30,118 nucleotides of DNA from Anaerolineae bacterium. Lineage in GTDB: Bacteria; Chloroflexota; Anaerolineae; Epilineales; Epilineaceae. The notes below the pieces were generated by a model. That model had not been told where the DNA came from and made no database searches. It was given only the letters and a program-made list of their open reading frames with translations. The translations under genes were made by a program, and so were the position numbers. Location: positions 1 through 30,118 of the forward strand of contig JAJCYU010000424.1 in NCBI GenBank assembly GCA_029262755.1. Reading direction: 5' to 3'. Positions 7,907 to 18,400 of the stretch are shown here, piece by piece (position 1 is the stretch's first letter; every line of letters begins with the position of its first letter).

Positions 7907-8400
7907 GCCCCCAACTCCCCCAACTCCCCCAACAAGTCCTGCAGGTCCAGCGCCATCGTGACCATCGCGAGCGTGCCGTCGGGTTGGCGCGGCCAGGCGT
8001 CGCGGGGGCGGTCCCAGGTTAGCTCAACGCCGTTTTGGTCGGGGTCGCGGAGGTAGAGGGCCTCGCTGACGCCGTGGTCCGCGGCGCCGTCGAGGGGGAT
8101 GCCGGCATCCAGGAGGCGTTGGAGGGCGTCGGCGAGGGCGGAGCGTGTGGGGTAGCGGATCGCGAGGTGGAACAGGCCGGTGCTGCCGGGCGGAGGCGGA
8201 GAGCCGCCGAGGCTCTGCCACGTGTTGAGGCCGATGTGATGGTGGTAGCCGCCGGCCGATAGGAACGCGGCGCTGTCACCCATGCGCTGGGTCAGCGTGA
8301 AGCCGAGCACGTCGTGGTAGAAGCCGAGCGCGCGTTCGATGTCCGCCACGCGCAGATGGACATGGCCGATGTCTACGCCGGGATCGATCGGGTCGGGCAT
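7903..8400 (-). CDS. VOC/glyoxalase family protein (CatE-like single module)
   Basis: Motifs IGHVHLRVADIERALGFY, AGGYHHHIGLNTW, GLFHLAI and DHGVSEALYLRDPDQNGVEL. GGGAG lies upstream of ATG 8400. Confidence 0.93.
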   Translation of the reverse strand: MPDPIDPGVDIGHVHLRVADIERALGFYHDVLGFTLTQRMGDSAAFLSAGGYHHHIGLNTWQSLGGSPPPPGSTGLFHLAIRYPTRSALADALQRLLDAGIPLDGAADHGVSEALYLRDPDQNGVELTWDRPRDAWPRQPDGTLAMVTMALDLQDLLGELGELGA

Positions 8401-8504
8401 AGTGGATGCTCCCATGTAGGAGGGGGGCGACTCCAACGACATGCTATGGAAAGCGGAACCAGCGGCCAACCCCAACGGTGATGCCCGAGGAGGCCCGGCC
8501 CCCC

Positions 8505-8513
8505 TGGTATACT
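8505..8513 (+). promoter_or_regulatory. Candidate extended -10 promoter (TGG-TATACT) for the small ORF/histidine kinase unit
   Basis: Match to TGn-TATAAT about 22 nt upstream of a GGAGG Shine-Dalgarno at 8536-8540. Confidence 0.45.
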
Positions 8514-8549
8514 CGGCAGCGCGCACCTCCCGAACGGAGGTTGGACTCG

Positions 8550-8693
8550 ATGCCCGCTATGTTCTTCGCCTTCGAATGGCCACGCTGTGTGCCATATCCG
8601 TGCCCCACGCCGATCCGCGCCGGTTCGCGGCGCGTCAAGCGCGTTGCGGCAACGCCAGGGCCGGGCAGCAGCGCCGTCGTCCGTGCCGCATGA
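8550..8693 (+). CDS. Putative 47-aa small ORF translationally coupled to the histidine kinase
   Basis: GGAGG lies 9 nt before ATG 8550, and the TGA overlaps the kinase ATG (ATGA 8690-8693). No recognisable family. Confidence 0.4.
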   Translation: MPAMFFAFEWPRCVPYPCPTPIRAGSRRVKRVAATPGPGSSAVVRAA

Positions 8694-11308
8694 CGGACGA
8701 TCGATCGGAGCTCGGCCGGCCGATTCCCTTCGGCTCTCGGCTCTCCGTAAAAGTGATCGGCTGGGTGGTCGGGATCTCGACCGTCTTGTTCACACCCTTC
8801 CTCCTGTGGACGGTCAGCTTGACGCGCGGAGCGCTGGAAGACGCGCACGTGGGTCGTGCGACCACCATCGGGCGCGCGTTGGATGCGAGCATCGCGACCG
8901 AGGCGGACTGGAACGATCAAGCGCTGCTCCAGGCCAGCGTGCGGGAGATAATGCGGATGGAGCCGGAGATCGTCTCCATCGACGCCAACGTGCCGAGCCG
9001 CGGCGGGTTGGTGACGCTGGCTTCCGATGACCCGGAGCGCGTGGGACAACCGGCGGATTGTCAATGCCGCACGGTGTTCCGCGAGGACCATATCGCGCAC
9101 ACCTTCCTCGAGCAGCCAGGCGGGCGCAACCTGCGGGTCGTCACGCCCGTGCATGTCGATCAGGAGGTGGTGGGTGTCTTCTCGATCGAGCTGACCTTGG
9201 CGCGCGTCGATGCCTTGATTGCCGGTCACGTCCGTAGCCGGATGTTGATCTACCTGCTGGCCGTTACCGCGTTTGCCTTCATGGTCGATCAGGTCCTGCG
9301 CTGCTACGTCCTGCGACCGATCGGACAGCTGGGCGAAGGCGTGATGCGGGTTGCCGTCGGCCATCTCGATGACCCGGTGCCCGTCGTCAGCGACGATGAA
9401 CTGGGCCGGCTAGGACTCTCGTTCAACCAGATGATCGACGACCTGCGCCAGGCACGCAACGATCTCACCGACGCGAACGGGCGCCTCGCGACGAGCGCGG
9501 ACACGTTGCGTCAACGGTATGCACTACAGCAGTCCTTGCACGAGACGGCGGTCCTGATGATGAACCGGCGTGCCGTGCCGGACGTGATGCATGAGGTGGT
9601 CACCAGCGCCGCCCGCCTGTGTGGGACCGAGAACGGCTTCGTGTACTTGCGCGACGGCGACGAGATTGAAATGCGCGTCGGTATCGGCGTGTTCGAGCCC
9701 TTGATCGGCTATCGCAAGCCTGCCGATCAGGGAGTCGGCGGAATCGTGTGCTCGACCGGCGAGGTTGTGGTCGTGAACGATCATGATCATTGGGAACATC
9801 GAACCGAGGAGATGTACGGCGCGGGGAGCTTCTACAGCGTCATTGGGTTGCCGCTGCGGATCGAGGACACCGTACTCGGCGCGATCGGCATTGCGTACCG
9901 CGAGCAAGGTCGAGAATTCAGCGAGACGGAGATCGAGCTCCTGAAGCGCTTCGCGGAACTGGCTTCGATCGCGCTGGACAACGCGCGCCTCCACTCCGAA
10001 GCCGTAACAGATCTCACGGAGCGCCGCGCCGTCGAAGAGGCGTTGGAGCAGGAGCGCGGCCGGCTGTCGGAGCGGGTCACAGAGAGTACGGCCGAGATCC
10101 GCAAGTCCAACGCGGCGTTGCAGGGCGCCATGAAGGCGCGCGATGAGTTCCTGGCCGGCGTCAGCCACGAGCTGCGCACGCCGCTCACCGCCATCCTGGG
10201 ATTGAGCGCCGTGCTGTCGGAGGGCAGCCAGGGACCGTTGAATGAGCGGCAGGTCGAATCCATGACAATGATCGAGGACAGCGGACGTCACCTGCTCTCG
10301 CTGATCAACGACGTGCTCGACTATGCGAAGATCGAAGCCGGACGCCTGGACCTCAACTTCGTCGCCGTACCCGTGGAGAATCTCTGCCACGATGGAGTGC
10401 AGCTTGTGACCCAAATGGCGCGTGCCAAGAGTCATGAGATCGTGGTGGATGTCGATCCGGACGTACACACCATCCCAGGCGATGTCCTCCGGCTGCGGCA
10501 AGTTCTGGTGAACTTGTTGGGCAATGCCGTGAAGTTCACGCCGGAAGGCGGCGTCATCACGTTATGGGTGAGGGGCGACGCCCGGCGAGGCATGGTCGAT
10601 TTCACGGTCGAAGACAACGGTGTCGGCATCCCGCAGGAGAGCCTGCCTCGACTCTTCGAGCCCTTCACCCAACTCGACAGCAGTTTGGCGCGAACCCATT
10701 CCGGAACCGGGCTGGGGTTGGCGCTTGTCTCGCGCTTCATCGAGCTCCACGGCGGCTCGGTTTCCGTGGAAAGCGAGGTCGGCAAGGGCAGCCGGTTCGG
10801 CTTTACCCTGCCCTGGCAGGAGAATTCGGACGGAGAAGCGTTTGGACATGGGGCGGTTACCGCAACGAGCATCGCGCCGGAGGTCTGGCGAACGCCACAG
10901 ACCGAATGGCAGACCTCCCTCTCGGTGCTCGTCGTCGAAGACAACGAGGCAACGATCGCCGTACTCGAGGACTACCTCGGTCTGCGCGGTTGCCGGGTCG
11001 AGATCGCGCGGGCGGGCCTGCAGGCCATCGAATCGCTGGAAGGCGGCCTACCGGACGTGGTGCTGATGGATATCCAGCTGCCGGGGATGGACGGACTCGA
11101 GACGATTCGTCGGATTCGAGAACGGTCGGAGTTTGCCGACTTGCCGATCATCGCGTTGACGGCGCTCGCGATGCCGGGCGACAGGGAACGATGCCTGGAG
11201 GCCGGAGCCAACGCCTACTTGCGCAAGCCGATCCACCTCCCGGACCTGGACGACACGATCCATGCGGTCGTTTTTCCCGAGAGCGCTTCTCCGACGGACG
11301 CGTCCTGA
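8690..11308 (+). CDS. Membrane hybrid sensor histidine kinase/response regulator (2 TM + extracellular sensor, HAMP, GAF, HisKA, HATPase_c, REC)
   Basis: HAMP DELGRLGLSFNQM, GAF LKRFAELASIALDNARL, H-box FLAGVSHELRTPL, N-box QVLVNLLGNAVKFT, G1 DNGVGI, G2 GTGLGLAL and receiver VLVVEDN...LMDIQLPGMDG...KP. Confidence 0.95.
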   Translation: MTDDRSELGRPIPFGSRLSVKVIGWVVGISTVLFTPFLLWTVSLTRGALEDAHVGRATTIGRALDASIATEADWNDQALLQASVREIMRMEPEIVSIDANVPSRGGLVTLASDDPERVGQPADCQCRTVFREDHIAHTFLEQPGGRNLRVVTPVHVDQEVVGVFSIELTLARVDALIAGHVRSRMLIYLLAVTAFAFMVDQVLRCYVLRPIGQLGEGVMRVAVGHLDDPVPVVSDDELGRLGLSFNQMIDDLRQARNDLTDANGRLATSADTLRQRYALQQSLHETAVLMMNRRAVPDVMHEVVTSAARLCGTENGFVYLRDGDEIEMRVGIGVFEPLIGYRKPADQGVGGIVCSTGEVVVVNDHDHWEHRTEEMYGAGSFYSVIGLPLRIEDTVLGAIGIAYREQGREFSETEIELLKRFAELASIALDNARLHSEAVTDLTERRAVEEALEQERGRLSERVTESTAEIRKSNAALQGAMKARDEFLAGVSHELRTPLTAILGLSAVLSEGSQGPLNERQVESMTMIEDSGRHLLSLINDVLDYAKIEAGRLDLNFVAVPVENLCHDGVQLVTQMARAKSHEIVVDVDPDVHTIPGDVLRLRQVLVNLLGNAVKFTPEGGVITLWVRGDARRGMVDFTVEDNGVGIPQESLPRLFEPFTQLDSSLARTHSGTGLGLALVSRFIELHGGSVSVESEVGKGSRFGFTLPWQENSDGEAFGHGAVTATSIAPEVWRTPQTEWQTSLSVLVVEDNEATIAVLEDYLGLRGCRVEIARAGLQAIESLEGGLPDVVLMDIQLPGMDGLETIRRIRERSEFADLPIIALTALAMPGDRERCLEAGANAYLRKPIHLPDLDDTIHAVVFPESASPTDAS

Positions 11309-11341
11309 GCGGAACTCGAAATCGAACGGGAGGAGGACACG

Positions 11342-13324
11342 GTGCCTAGCTTCCGATGGAACCCCCTTCCCATCGCGTTGCTGTGTGCGCTCTTCGCGGC
11401 TTCATGGCCCGACACCACGGAGGGCCAAGGCGCGAACGCGGTGAGCGTCCTTTCGCTCGAGCTCACGCCGAGCTACGAGCACGTCGGCATTCGGCTGGCT
11501 ATTGATGGCGACGTGAATCGCGACGCACGGGTGACCCTACGGTTCCGGCCCGCGGACGAGACGGGCTGGCGGACGGGCCTGCCGCTGGTGCGCAGCCATC
11601 GCGGGCTGGTCGGCGAGGGCGGCGAGCGCCCGGACGAGCGCTTCGCGGGCAGCGTGTTCTGGCTCGTGCCCGGCGAGCGGGTGACGCTCGAGCTCACCGT
11701 GAGCGACCCGGACGGCGGTGGCGCGACGCTCGTCGAGAACACCGTCACGCGCAGGCCCCAGGCGCCCGCGCCGGATGCGCGTGTTCGGCATGTCGCGCCG
11801 CCCGAACCGGGAGCGGCGGCCGGCAGCGGGGACGGGTCGGTACAGGCCCCGTTCCGCGGACTCCAACGGGCGGCGGACGCAGCCGAAGCGGGCGATCTCT
11901 TTCTCGTGACGTCCGGGACCTACGCGCCGTTCGCGTTGATCGCCGGTGGCGAACCGGGGCGACCGATCGTCTTCCGCGGGCCGGCGGCGGACGAAGCGCC
12001 TGCCATCGTGGATGGCGCCGGCATCGACCGCGGCATCGTGACGATCGGACGCAACGACCGTACGACGGAGCACGTGATCATCGAGCGACTTCGCATCGAG
12101 AACGGGCGCTGGGGCATCGATGCGCAGCACACCCGCGACCTCACCGTGCGCCACGTACGGATGCGGGCCATCGACCACGGCGTCGTCAACCGGCGCGGCG
12201 AGGGCCGCGAGGCGCGTCAAACCGTGTGCGACTCCAGCTTCGAGGGACGGGTCCCGTGGCCGGGCGCGGGCATCCCCGCCGAGCAGGCCGTCCACCTGCG
12301 CGGGACAGGCAACGTGGTTTGCCACAACCGGATTAAAGACTTCGGCGACGGGGTCAGCGTGCAGCCGAGCACCGGGGATGCGTGGGGCAACGATGTCTAC
12401 GGCAACGACATCTTGCGCATCGTCGACGACCCGATCGAGGTCGACTACAACAATGCCAACGTCCGGGTCTGGGGCAATCGGGTGACGAGCGGACGGATGG
12501 GCATTAGCCTGGCGCCGATCTTCGGCGGTCCGGCCTACGTCTTCCGCAACACCTTCTTCTCGCTTGCCAGCAGCGCCTACAAGATGAACCGAGAGCCCGC
12601 CGGTCTGGTGATCGCGCACAACACGAGCCTGAAGCGGGGCAACGGCATGTCGTCCCCCGCGGGTTGGCAGAACACGCAGCTGCGCAACAACATGCTGTTC
12701 GGCACGCGCTACCTCTTCGAAGAGTACGGACTGGCACGGGAATCCACCGACGATTGGGACCACGACGCCTTCGCCCGCGAGCCCGGATGTGACCCCGGCA
12801 CGCCGCCCTGCTTCAAGTGGGACGACGTGCGCTATGACACCCTGGCCGACCTTCGCGCCGGCACAGGCATCGAGGCGCACGGCGTGATGGCCGCACGCGC
12901 CGATCTGCAGGACGCGCCGCTGCCCACCGACTACGCGACGCCGATCGCGCCCAACGGCTACGACCTGCGGCCGCGCGAGGGTTCGCCGCTGATCGACGCC
13001 GGCGCGAGCTTGCCCAACCTCAACGACCCTTGGGTGACGGACGATCGTCCGGACATCGGCGCCCACGAGCTCGGTGCGCCGCTACCGCACTACGGTCCCC
13101 GGCCGGAAGGCGCCGCGCTGGGCTACCTCGCAGGCGGGGCGCTCGGCCCGCCAACGGCGCCGACGAGGCCGACGGCTTCCGCGACGCCGACGGCGACGGC
13201 GCACGGGACGGCTACGGCTACAGTAACCTCCGTTCCAGCGGCCACGTCGTCGCCGGTGCCGGGCGAGACCGCAACGCCGAACGAAGCGGACACGTGGATC
13301 GCGCTGCCGTTCGCGAGACGATGA
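11342..13324 (+). CDS. Secreted right-handed parallel beta-helix (pectate-lyase-like) protein with Pro/Thr linker and IALPFARR tail
   Basis: GGAGGAGG SD and a signal peptide. GDGSVQAPFRGLQRAA and Asn-ladder repeats (NVVCHNRI, NDVYGNDI, NVRVWGNRV, YVFRNTF, IAHNT) are followed by GSPLIDAG...PDIGAHE (choice-of-anchor-Q-like). Confidence 0.85.
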   Translation: MPSFRWNPLPIALLCALFAASWPDTTEGQGANAVSVLSLELTPSYEHVGIRLAIDGDVNRDARVTLRFRPADETGWRTGLPLVRSHRGLVGEGGERPDERFAGSVFWLVPGERVTLELTVSDPDGGGATLVENTVTRRPQAPAPDARVRHVAPPEPGAAAGSGDGSVQAPFRGLQRAADAAEAGDLFLVTSGTYAPFALIAGGEPGRPIVFRGPAADEAPAIVDGAGIDRGIVTIGRNDRTTEHVIIERLRIENGRWGIDAQHTRDLTVRHVRMRAIDHGVVNRRGEGREARQTVCDSSFEGRVPWPGAGIPAEQAVHLRGTGNVVCHNRIKDFGDGVSVQPSTGDAWGNDVYGNDILRIVDDPIEVDYNNANVRVWGNRVTSGRMGISLAPIFGGPAYVFRNTFFSLASSAYKMNREPAGLVIAHNTSLKRGNGMSSPAGWQNTQLRNNMLFGTRYLFEEYGLARESTDDWDHDAFAREPGCDPGTPPCFKWDDVRYDTLADLRAGTGIEAHGVMAARADLQDAPLPTDYATPIAPNGYDLRPREGSPLIDAGASLPNLNDPWVTDDRPDIGAHELGAPLPHYGPRPEGAALGYLAGGALGPPTAPTRPTASATPTATAHGTATATVTSVPAATSSPVPGETATPNEADTWIALPFARR

Positions 13325-14841
13325 CGGAGCGAGGAGCAATGCCGATGCGTGAACAAAGAGGTTGGCGACGGCGAGATGCGCGAGTACCGACCGCGGACCC
13401 AACCCCCGCAGTTTGGCGCTTGCCTTGGCTGTGCATCGCTGCGGTGTTTGTGGGTTGCGCCGCGCTCGCACTGCCCTTGTTCCCATCCCCGAGCGCCGCA
13501 CCACCACCTGTCGTCGCACAGGACGAGCCGGCCGCCTTCACGCTCGTGGGCACGCATCCGCGCGCCGTGCGGCAGCCGAGCACGCGCGGGGAGACGCTCA
13601 ACACCCTGGAGGCCTGGCGCGGGCGAATCTACGCCGGCTACGGGGATTACGGGGACAATACGGGCCCGATCTCGATCATGCCCTTCGATCCCGTGTCGCG
13701 AACATTCCGGCTGGACCACGTAAGCGATACCGAAGCCATCGACAGCTTCCGGGTGATCGGCGATCAGCTGTGGGCGCCGGCCACGGACCGGCGCAAGAAC
13801 GCGGACTTTGCGGTCGGCGAGCCCTGGCGGGACCTGCGCCCGCTGGTCACCACCCATGCCTACGACGTAGCGACCCTCGACGGCGAGGATCTCTGGCTTT
13901 CGGGCTCGAAGGGCGTCAACGCGACGCTGTGGCGCAGCACCGACGGCGGCGAGACGTGGGCGGTAGCGCAACGAGAAGGGCCGGGGAGCGGGCTCGACAA
14001 CGATTTCGCGCGCTACTACTTCATCGGCGTCCTCGACGGGCGGCTCTACGTCCAGGCCGACGACTTCTACGGCACGCCGCACGCCCGCTCGCGCGTATTC
14101 GACGGGACGCGGTGGCGCGATGGGCCCAACCTCCTGCTCGGCGGCATGGGCTGGCGGCCGGTTACCGTGGCCGGGCACCTGGTCTATCTCAGCTACGCCC
14201 TCGGCGGTTCGCTGCTGGCCTTCGACGGCGAGGTCGTACGCCGGGTCGGCGATGGCCGCGCCCGCGGCGTCACCCTGGACGAGCACGGGGTGCTCCACGT
14301 GATCTACGAACCGCCGGGCGGCGAAAGCGCCGTGCTGCTACGAAGCACGGATCTCGCACGATGGGAGCAGTTGGAGGCCGCGGTGCCGGATGGCGCGCGC
14401 AGCCTGGCGATCTTGGACGGCACGCCCTACATCGGCGCGACCGGCGCACGCCTGTTCGCGCTGACCGGCCGGCCCTCGTGGCGTCCGGTCGAGGTCGGAC
14501 GGAACGCGCTGCCGACCGCGCGCCTGCGCACGCCGGCCGACGGCAGCGTATGGCGCCACGGCGCGCCGGTACTCGTGGCGGGCGACGCGCTCGACGCGGA
14601 CGGCCCCGACGCGCGCCCGGATCGCGTGCAGGTGTGGGCGGGCTCCGAGCTCCTCGCGGAGCTGCGCGAGCCGCCCTACGCCATCGCGTGGACCGATGCG
14701 CCCACCGGTACCCACCGCATCGTGCTGCGCGCGATCGACGCCGAGGGCCTCATGGCCGTCGACCGCGCCACGATCGAGGTGCGGCCGCGGGCGCCGCTGC
14801 CGCGGCAGGTGCATTTGCCGCGGCTGCGGCTGCGACGATAG
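13321..14841 (+). CDS. Secreted beta-propeller-like protein with C-terminal bacterial Ig-like domain and VHLPRLRLRR tail
   Basis: ATGA overlap with the previous stop (alternative ATGs at 13339 and 13345 follow GAGGAG). Hydrophobic signal segment, Asp-box/BNR motifs RSTDGGETW and RSTDLARW, and Ig-like EPPYAIAWTDAPTGTHRIVLRAIDAEG. Confidence 0.78.
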   Translation: MTERGAMPMREQRGWRRRDARVPTADPTPAVWRLPWLCIAAVFVGCAALALPLFPSPSAAPPPVVAQDEPAAFTLVGTHPRAVRQPSTRGETLNTLEAWRGRIYAGYGDYGDNTGPISIMPFDPVSRTFRLDHVSDTEAIDSFRVIGDQLWAPATDRRKNADFAVGEPWRDLRPLVTTHAYDVATLDGEDLWLSGSKGVNATLWRSTDGGETWAVAQREGPGSGLDNDFARYYFIGVLDGRLYVQADDFYGTPHARSRVFDGTRWRDGPNLLLGGMGWRPVTVAGHLVYLSYALGGSLLAFDGEVVRRVGDGRARGVTLDEHGVLHVIYEPPGGESAVLLRSTDLARWEQLEAAVPDGARSLAILDGTPYIGATGARLFALTGRPSWRPVEVGRNALPTARLRTPADGSVWRHGAPVLVAGDALDADGPDARPDRVQVWAGSELLAELREPPYAIAWTDAPTGTHRIVLRAIDAEGLMAVDRATIEVRPRAPLPRQVHLPRLRLRR

Positions 14842-14930
14842 GACGGGGATCGGCGACGGGCGGGTCGCCGCGGAATCGCGCGGAGATCGGCGCTGCGAGA
14901 GGCGCACGGTGCCACGCTGCGACGGAACGC

Positions 14931-15257
14931 CTATAGCGAGTGCGAGACCTCGTTCGCCGCCGCATCTGCGACCTCCGCCACGCCGCGAATCATGACCGCG
15001 GCCACGGCGGCCGATAGCAGCGCGAGCGACGCCGCGATCCACGCGATGACGCGAAAGCCCGCGACGAAGGATTCGTCGATCACGGTGTCAACGGCCGCGT
15101 CCGTGGCGGCGTCCGTCGCGGGCGCCTGCGAGGCGCCCCAGCGATCCTGTTGTTCGCGCAGCGCTTCGACGACGGGTGCAGGAGCATCGATGGCGGCCAG
15201 GCGGCTCTCAAGTTGAGCACCGAACACGGCCGTCATGACCAGGCCCAGCGCGGCCAC
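14931..15257 (-). pseudogene. C-terminal remnant of a DHA2/EmrB-QacA-type MFS transporter
   Basis: ALGLVMTAVFG...IDESFVAGFRVIAWIAASLALLSAAVAAVMI resembles the last two helices of 14-TM MFS exporters. There is an in-frame TAG immediately upstream and no room for the rest of the gene. Confidence 0.7.
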
Positions 15258-15485
15258 CTAGCGTGGCGTAACCATGGTATGCGGACCGTACGGGCACATC
15301 CATCGATACCCTAGCCAAGTCGCGCTTCGTTGCGCAATCCGACCGTCCGACGTGGGCCGATCGTGGGTCAACGACAACAGACTGCTTACACTCCGCTGTG
15401 CGCGCCCCAACACGCGTGGGGACAATAGGTGACCGTAGCTATGCCGCCGTTTGGGCGGCATCCGTTTCTCTGGAGGCAATGGTTC

Positions 15486-18400
15486 ATGAATCGTTTGGCG
15501 TCCCCTTCTCCCCACCGCGACCGCCCCCCGTCGCATCTTCGCGGACGCTTGGCTGGTTTCCCTCGGCTCCTTGATCGCCCCCGTTCCGTGCTGTTCGCGA
15601 TCGCCGTCGGTTTAGCCGGCGCGGGCCTGTTGTCGTCGCCGGACCACGCGCCCGCCGGTGCGCAGGGCGGCGAAGATCTCGTCGCCTACCGCATGGTGGA
15701 CCAGTGGCCGGAGCGCACGAGCGCGGCGGAGGGTCTGTTCCAGAACCCGATCGATCTCGACGTGGCCGCCGACGGCCGCGTGTTTATCGCCGATCCGGGT
15801 GTCGGCGGCGTGCACCTCTTGCAGCCCGACGGCAGCTGGGCCACGCCCTTCGGCGTGACGGGCGGCTTTCCGCAGCAGCTCGGCCGCGTCGGCCGAATTG
15901 CCGTCCAGCCAACCCAATTGACCTCACAAGGTGGTGGCGGCGGCGGTCCGGTTCAGCCGCTCCAAGAGGAGGGCCCGGAACAACCCGCGTCCTCGCAGCG
16001 CGTCTACGTGCTCGATCCGGCCGTCGAGCGCGTGGCCATCTACGGGCTGGACGGTGGCTACCTCGACCAGTGGTCGGATATCAACGGCGAGGGCATTGCC
16101 GCTTCGGCCGACGGGCGCGTCTTCGTGCTCGACCGGGACGCCAGCACCGTGCGCGCCTTTGACGCGGACACGGGCGAGGAGCTCTTCGCCTTCGGGGAGC
16201 GCGGCTCCAATGACGGCCAGTTCTCGAACTTCGTCGACGTCGACGTCGCGCCGGACGGCAGGCAGATCGCCGTCGCCGACCGCCGCGGCAACCGGGTGCA
16301 ATTGTTCGACCTGGCTTCGGAGGCCGATCTGGCGGGCGAAACGCCGCCGCCGGCCGCGAGCCATCGCCTCACCTACGATCTGGCCGATGCGCGCTTTACG
16401 CAAGGTGACAACAGCTGCAACGGCAACGGCGTCAACGCCCTCGGCGAGGACAGGGTCTTCGTCGGCCAAGGCAACGGTGCGTGCGTGCTCGACGGCCGTG
16501 AGGTGACCTTCGCGATTGCCAGCAGCGCCTTCAGCGGCACGATCTGCAAGGACACCGTTCGGCTGCCGCGGCTGGTGGCTTCGGCCCAGGATCCCCAGTA
16601 CTTCGCCCTGGCCGTGAGCGACCCGAACGTGGGCAAGTGCGGCGAGAAGCGCGACGACCTGGACACGACGCCTGTCGTCGCCCAATACAGCGACGAGTCT
16701 TTGCGGCGCGTCGCCACCGTGTGGGAAGCGGCCTCCAACGAGGACAGCGACAGCCCGATCCTGTTCTCCCCCAACGACCTCTCGATGCCGACGGCCGACA
16801 CGATCTTCGTCGCGGATCAGTCCGCGGAGGTGCGCTTCTTCAACCTCGAAGGGGAGCAGATCGCCAGCTCCGAGCGCCAGAGCTTCGAGGGCGATCGCAG
16901 CACCGACTTCCAATTCTTCCGAATCCTGGAGCCGGCCGGCACCGACGTCCTCGGCGAGGTCTTCGGCGGCTACGTCAAGGGCCAACGCGCGGGTGGGACC
17001 CGGCAGTTCGAGAGCGGCGTCGGCCGTTTCCGCACCGTCGAGCAGCGCACCCGCACGGGCACGGAGCGGGTGATCGAGCCGGTATGGGTGGAGCCGCAGG
17101 TCTCACGGGGTCGCCGCTTCGAGGTACCGCAGCTCGTCTGGAATCCGGTGAGCCAGGAGCTGCTGGTCGTGCGCAACATCGTCGTGGAGCAGCAGCGTAC
17201 GCAAGATGTGCAGCTCCAGCGCTACACCGCCGACGGTGACATAGCCGGCGAGCCTTTCGATCTGCCGGACGACGGCAAGATCAACCCCTACAGTGATATC
17301 GGCGTCGGCCCGGATGGCCGGATCTACGCCCTGGACGACATCTACGACATCGTGCGCGTCTTCGAAGCGGACGGCACCTTCGTCTACGAGGTGCCCGTGG
17401 CCTTCGACGCGCGTTCCGTGGCGGGTGGGCCGCCGTCCGAGGACGGCCAGGTCTTCGTGATGCGCGAGCCGGGCTGGGTCGAGCGCCACGCGGAGGATGG
17501 TCGCGTCACGGCGCGGCTGGACGGGCGTCCGCTGGACTTCTCCGACCCAACCACGCTCACCGACTTCGTCGTGGACGGTGCGGGCCGTGTGTACGTTGCG
17601 GACGGCCAGACGAGCCTCATCAGCGTCTTTCAAGAAACCGACGCCGCAAACGCGATCCCGGTGCCCAACGACGACGACTGTCTCTTCCGCGGCCTGGCTT
17701 CGGTCGATCCGGCCACGATCGCCTTGGGCGAAACCGCGACCGTCACGCTGGAGCTACTCGGTAGCTGCGGCGTGGGTGAGCCGCCCACGGACATCGTGGT
17801 GGTCGTGCCCTACTTCGAGCGGCTGGAGGCGGGTGTCGATCCTTCGCTCGGCCGCATGACCAGCCTCACGCAGCTCGTCGCGCGGGTGGACTTCACCCGG
17901 CACCGGGCGGGCATCGTCTCCTACTACAATACGGTGGCCGACGAACTGCCGCTCGTCGGCGATCGCGATGCCTTCATCGACGCCGCGCGCAACGTCACGC
18001 GCTTCACGCCGCCCAACGAAGACCTCAAGGCGCGCCTGCGCGACGCGATCGAGCATGCCACGGAGATGTTCGTCGACGACGATCGGCGCAAGGTGATGGT
18101 CTTGCTCGATCCCGACTACTGCAATCCGAACGATCAGGCGCGCGCCGCCCAATGTGCGGGCTATCCGCCGGCTGAGGACGCCGCGGCCGCGGCCCGCGCC
18201 GCGGGCATCACGATGGTGGTCGTCAACGGCCGGGGTGCCTTCGATCTAGCCAGCTCCGACGAAGACGTCGTGTTCAACCAAGACGGCGCCCATCGGCGCA
18301 TGGTCGCCTACGCACCGCCGCCCGCGCTTGCGACGGACATCAGTCTGGTCGATACGCTACCCGCGTCGATCGTCGCCGATCCGGCGGGTCTCTCCGGCAA

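Noticed and set aside
8441..8689. ORF-track N-terminal extension of the histidine kinase
   Set aside because: It starts upstream of the candidate promoter and reads as non-protein-like. The first TM segment fits a start at 8690.
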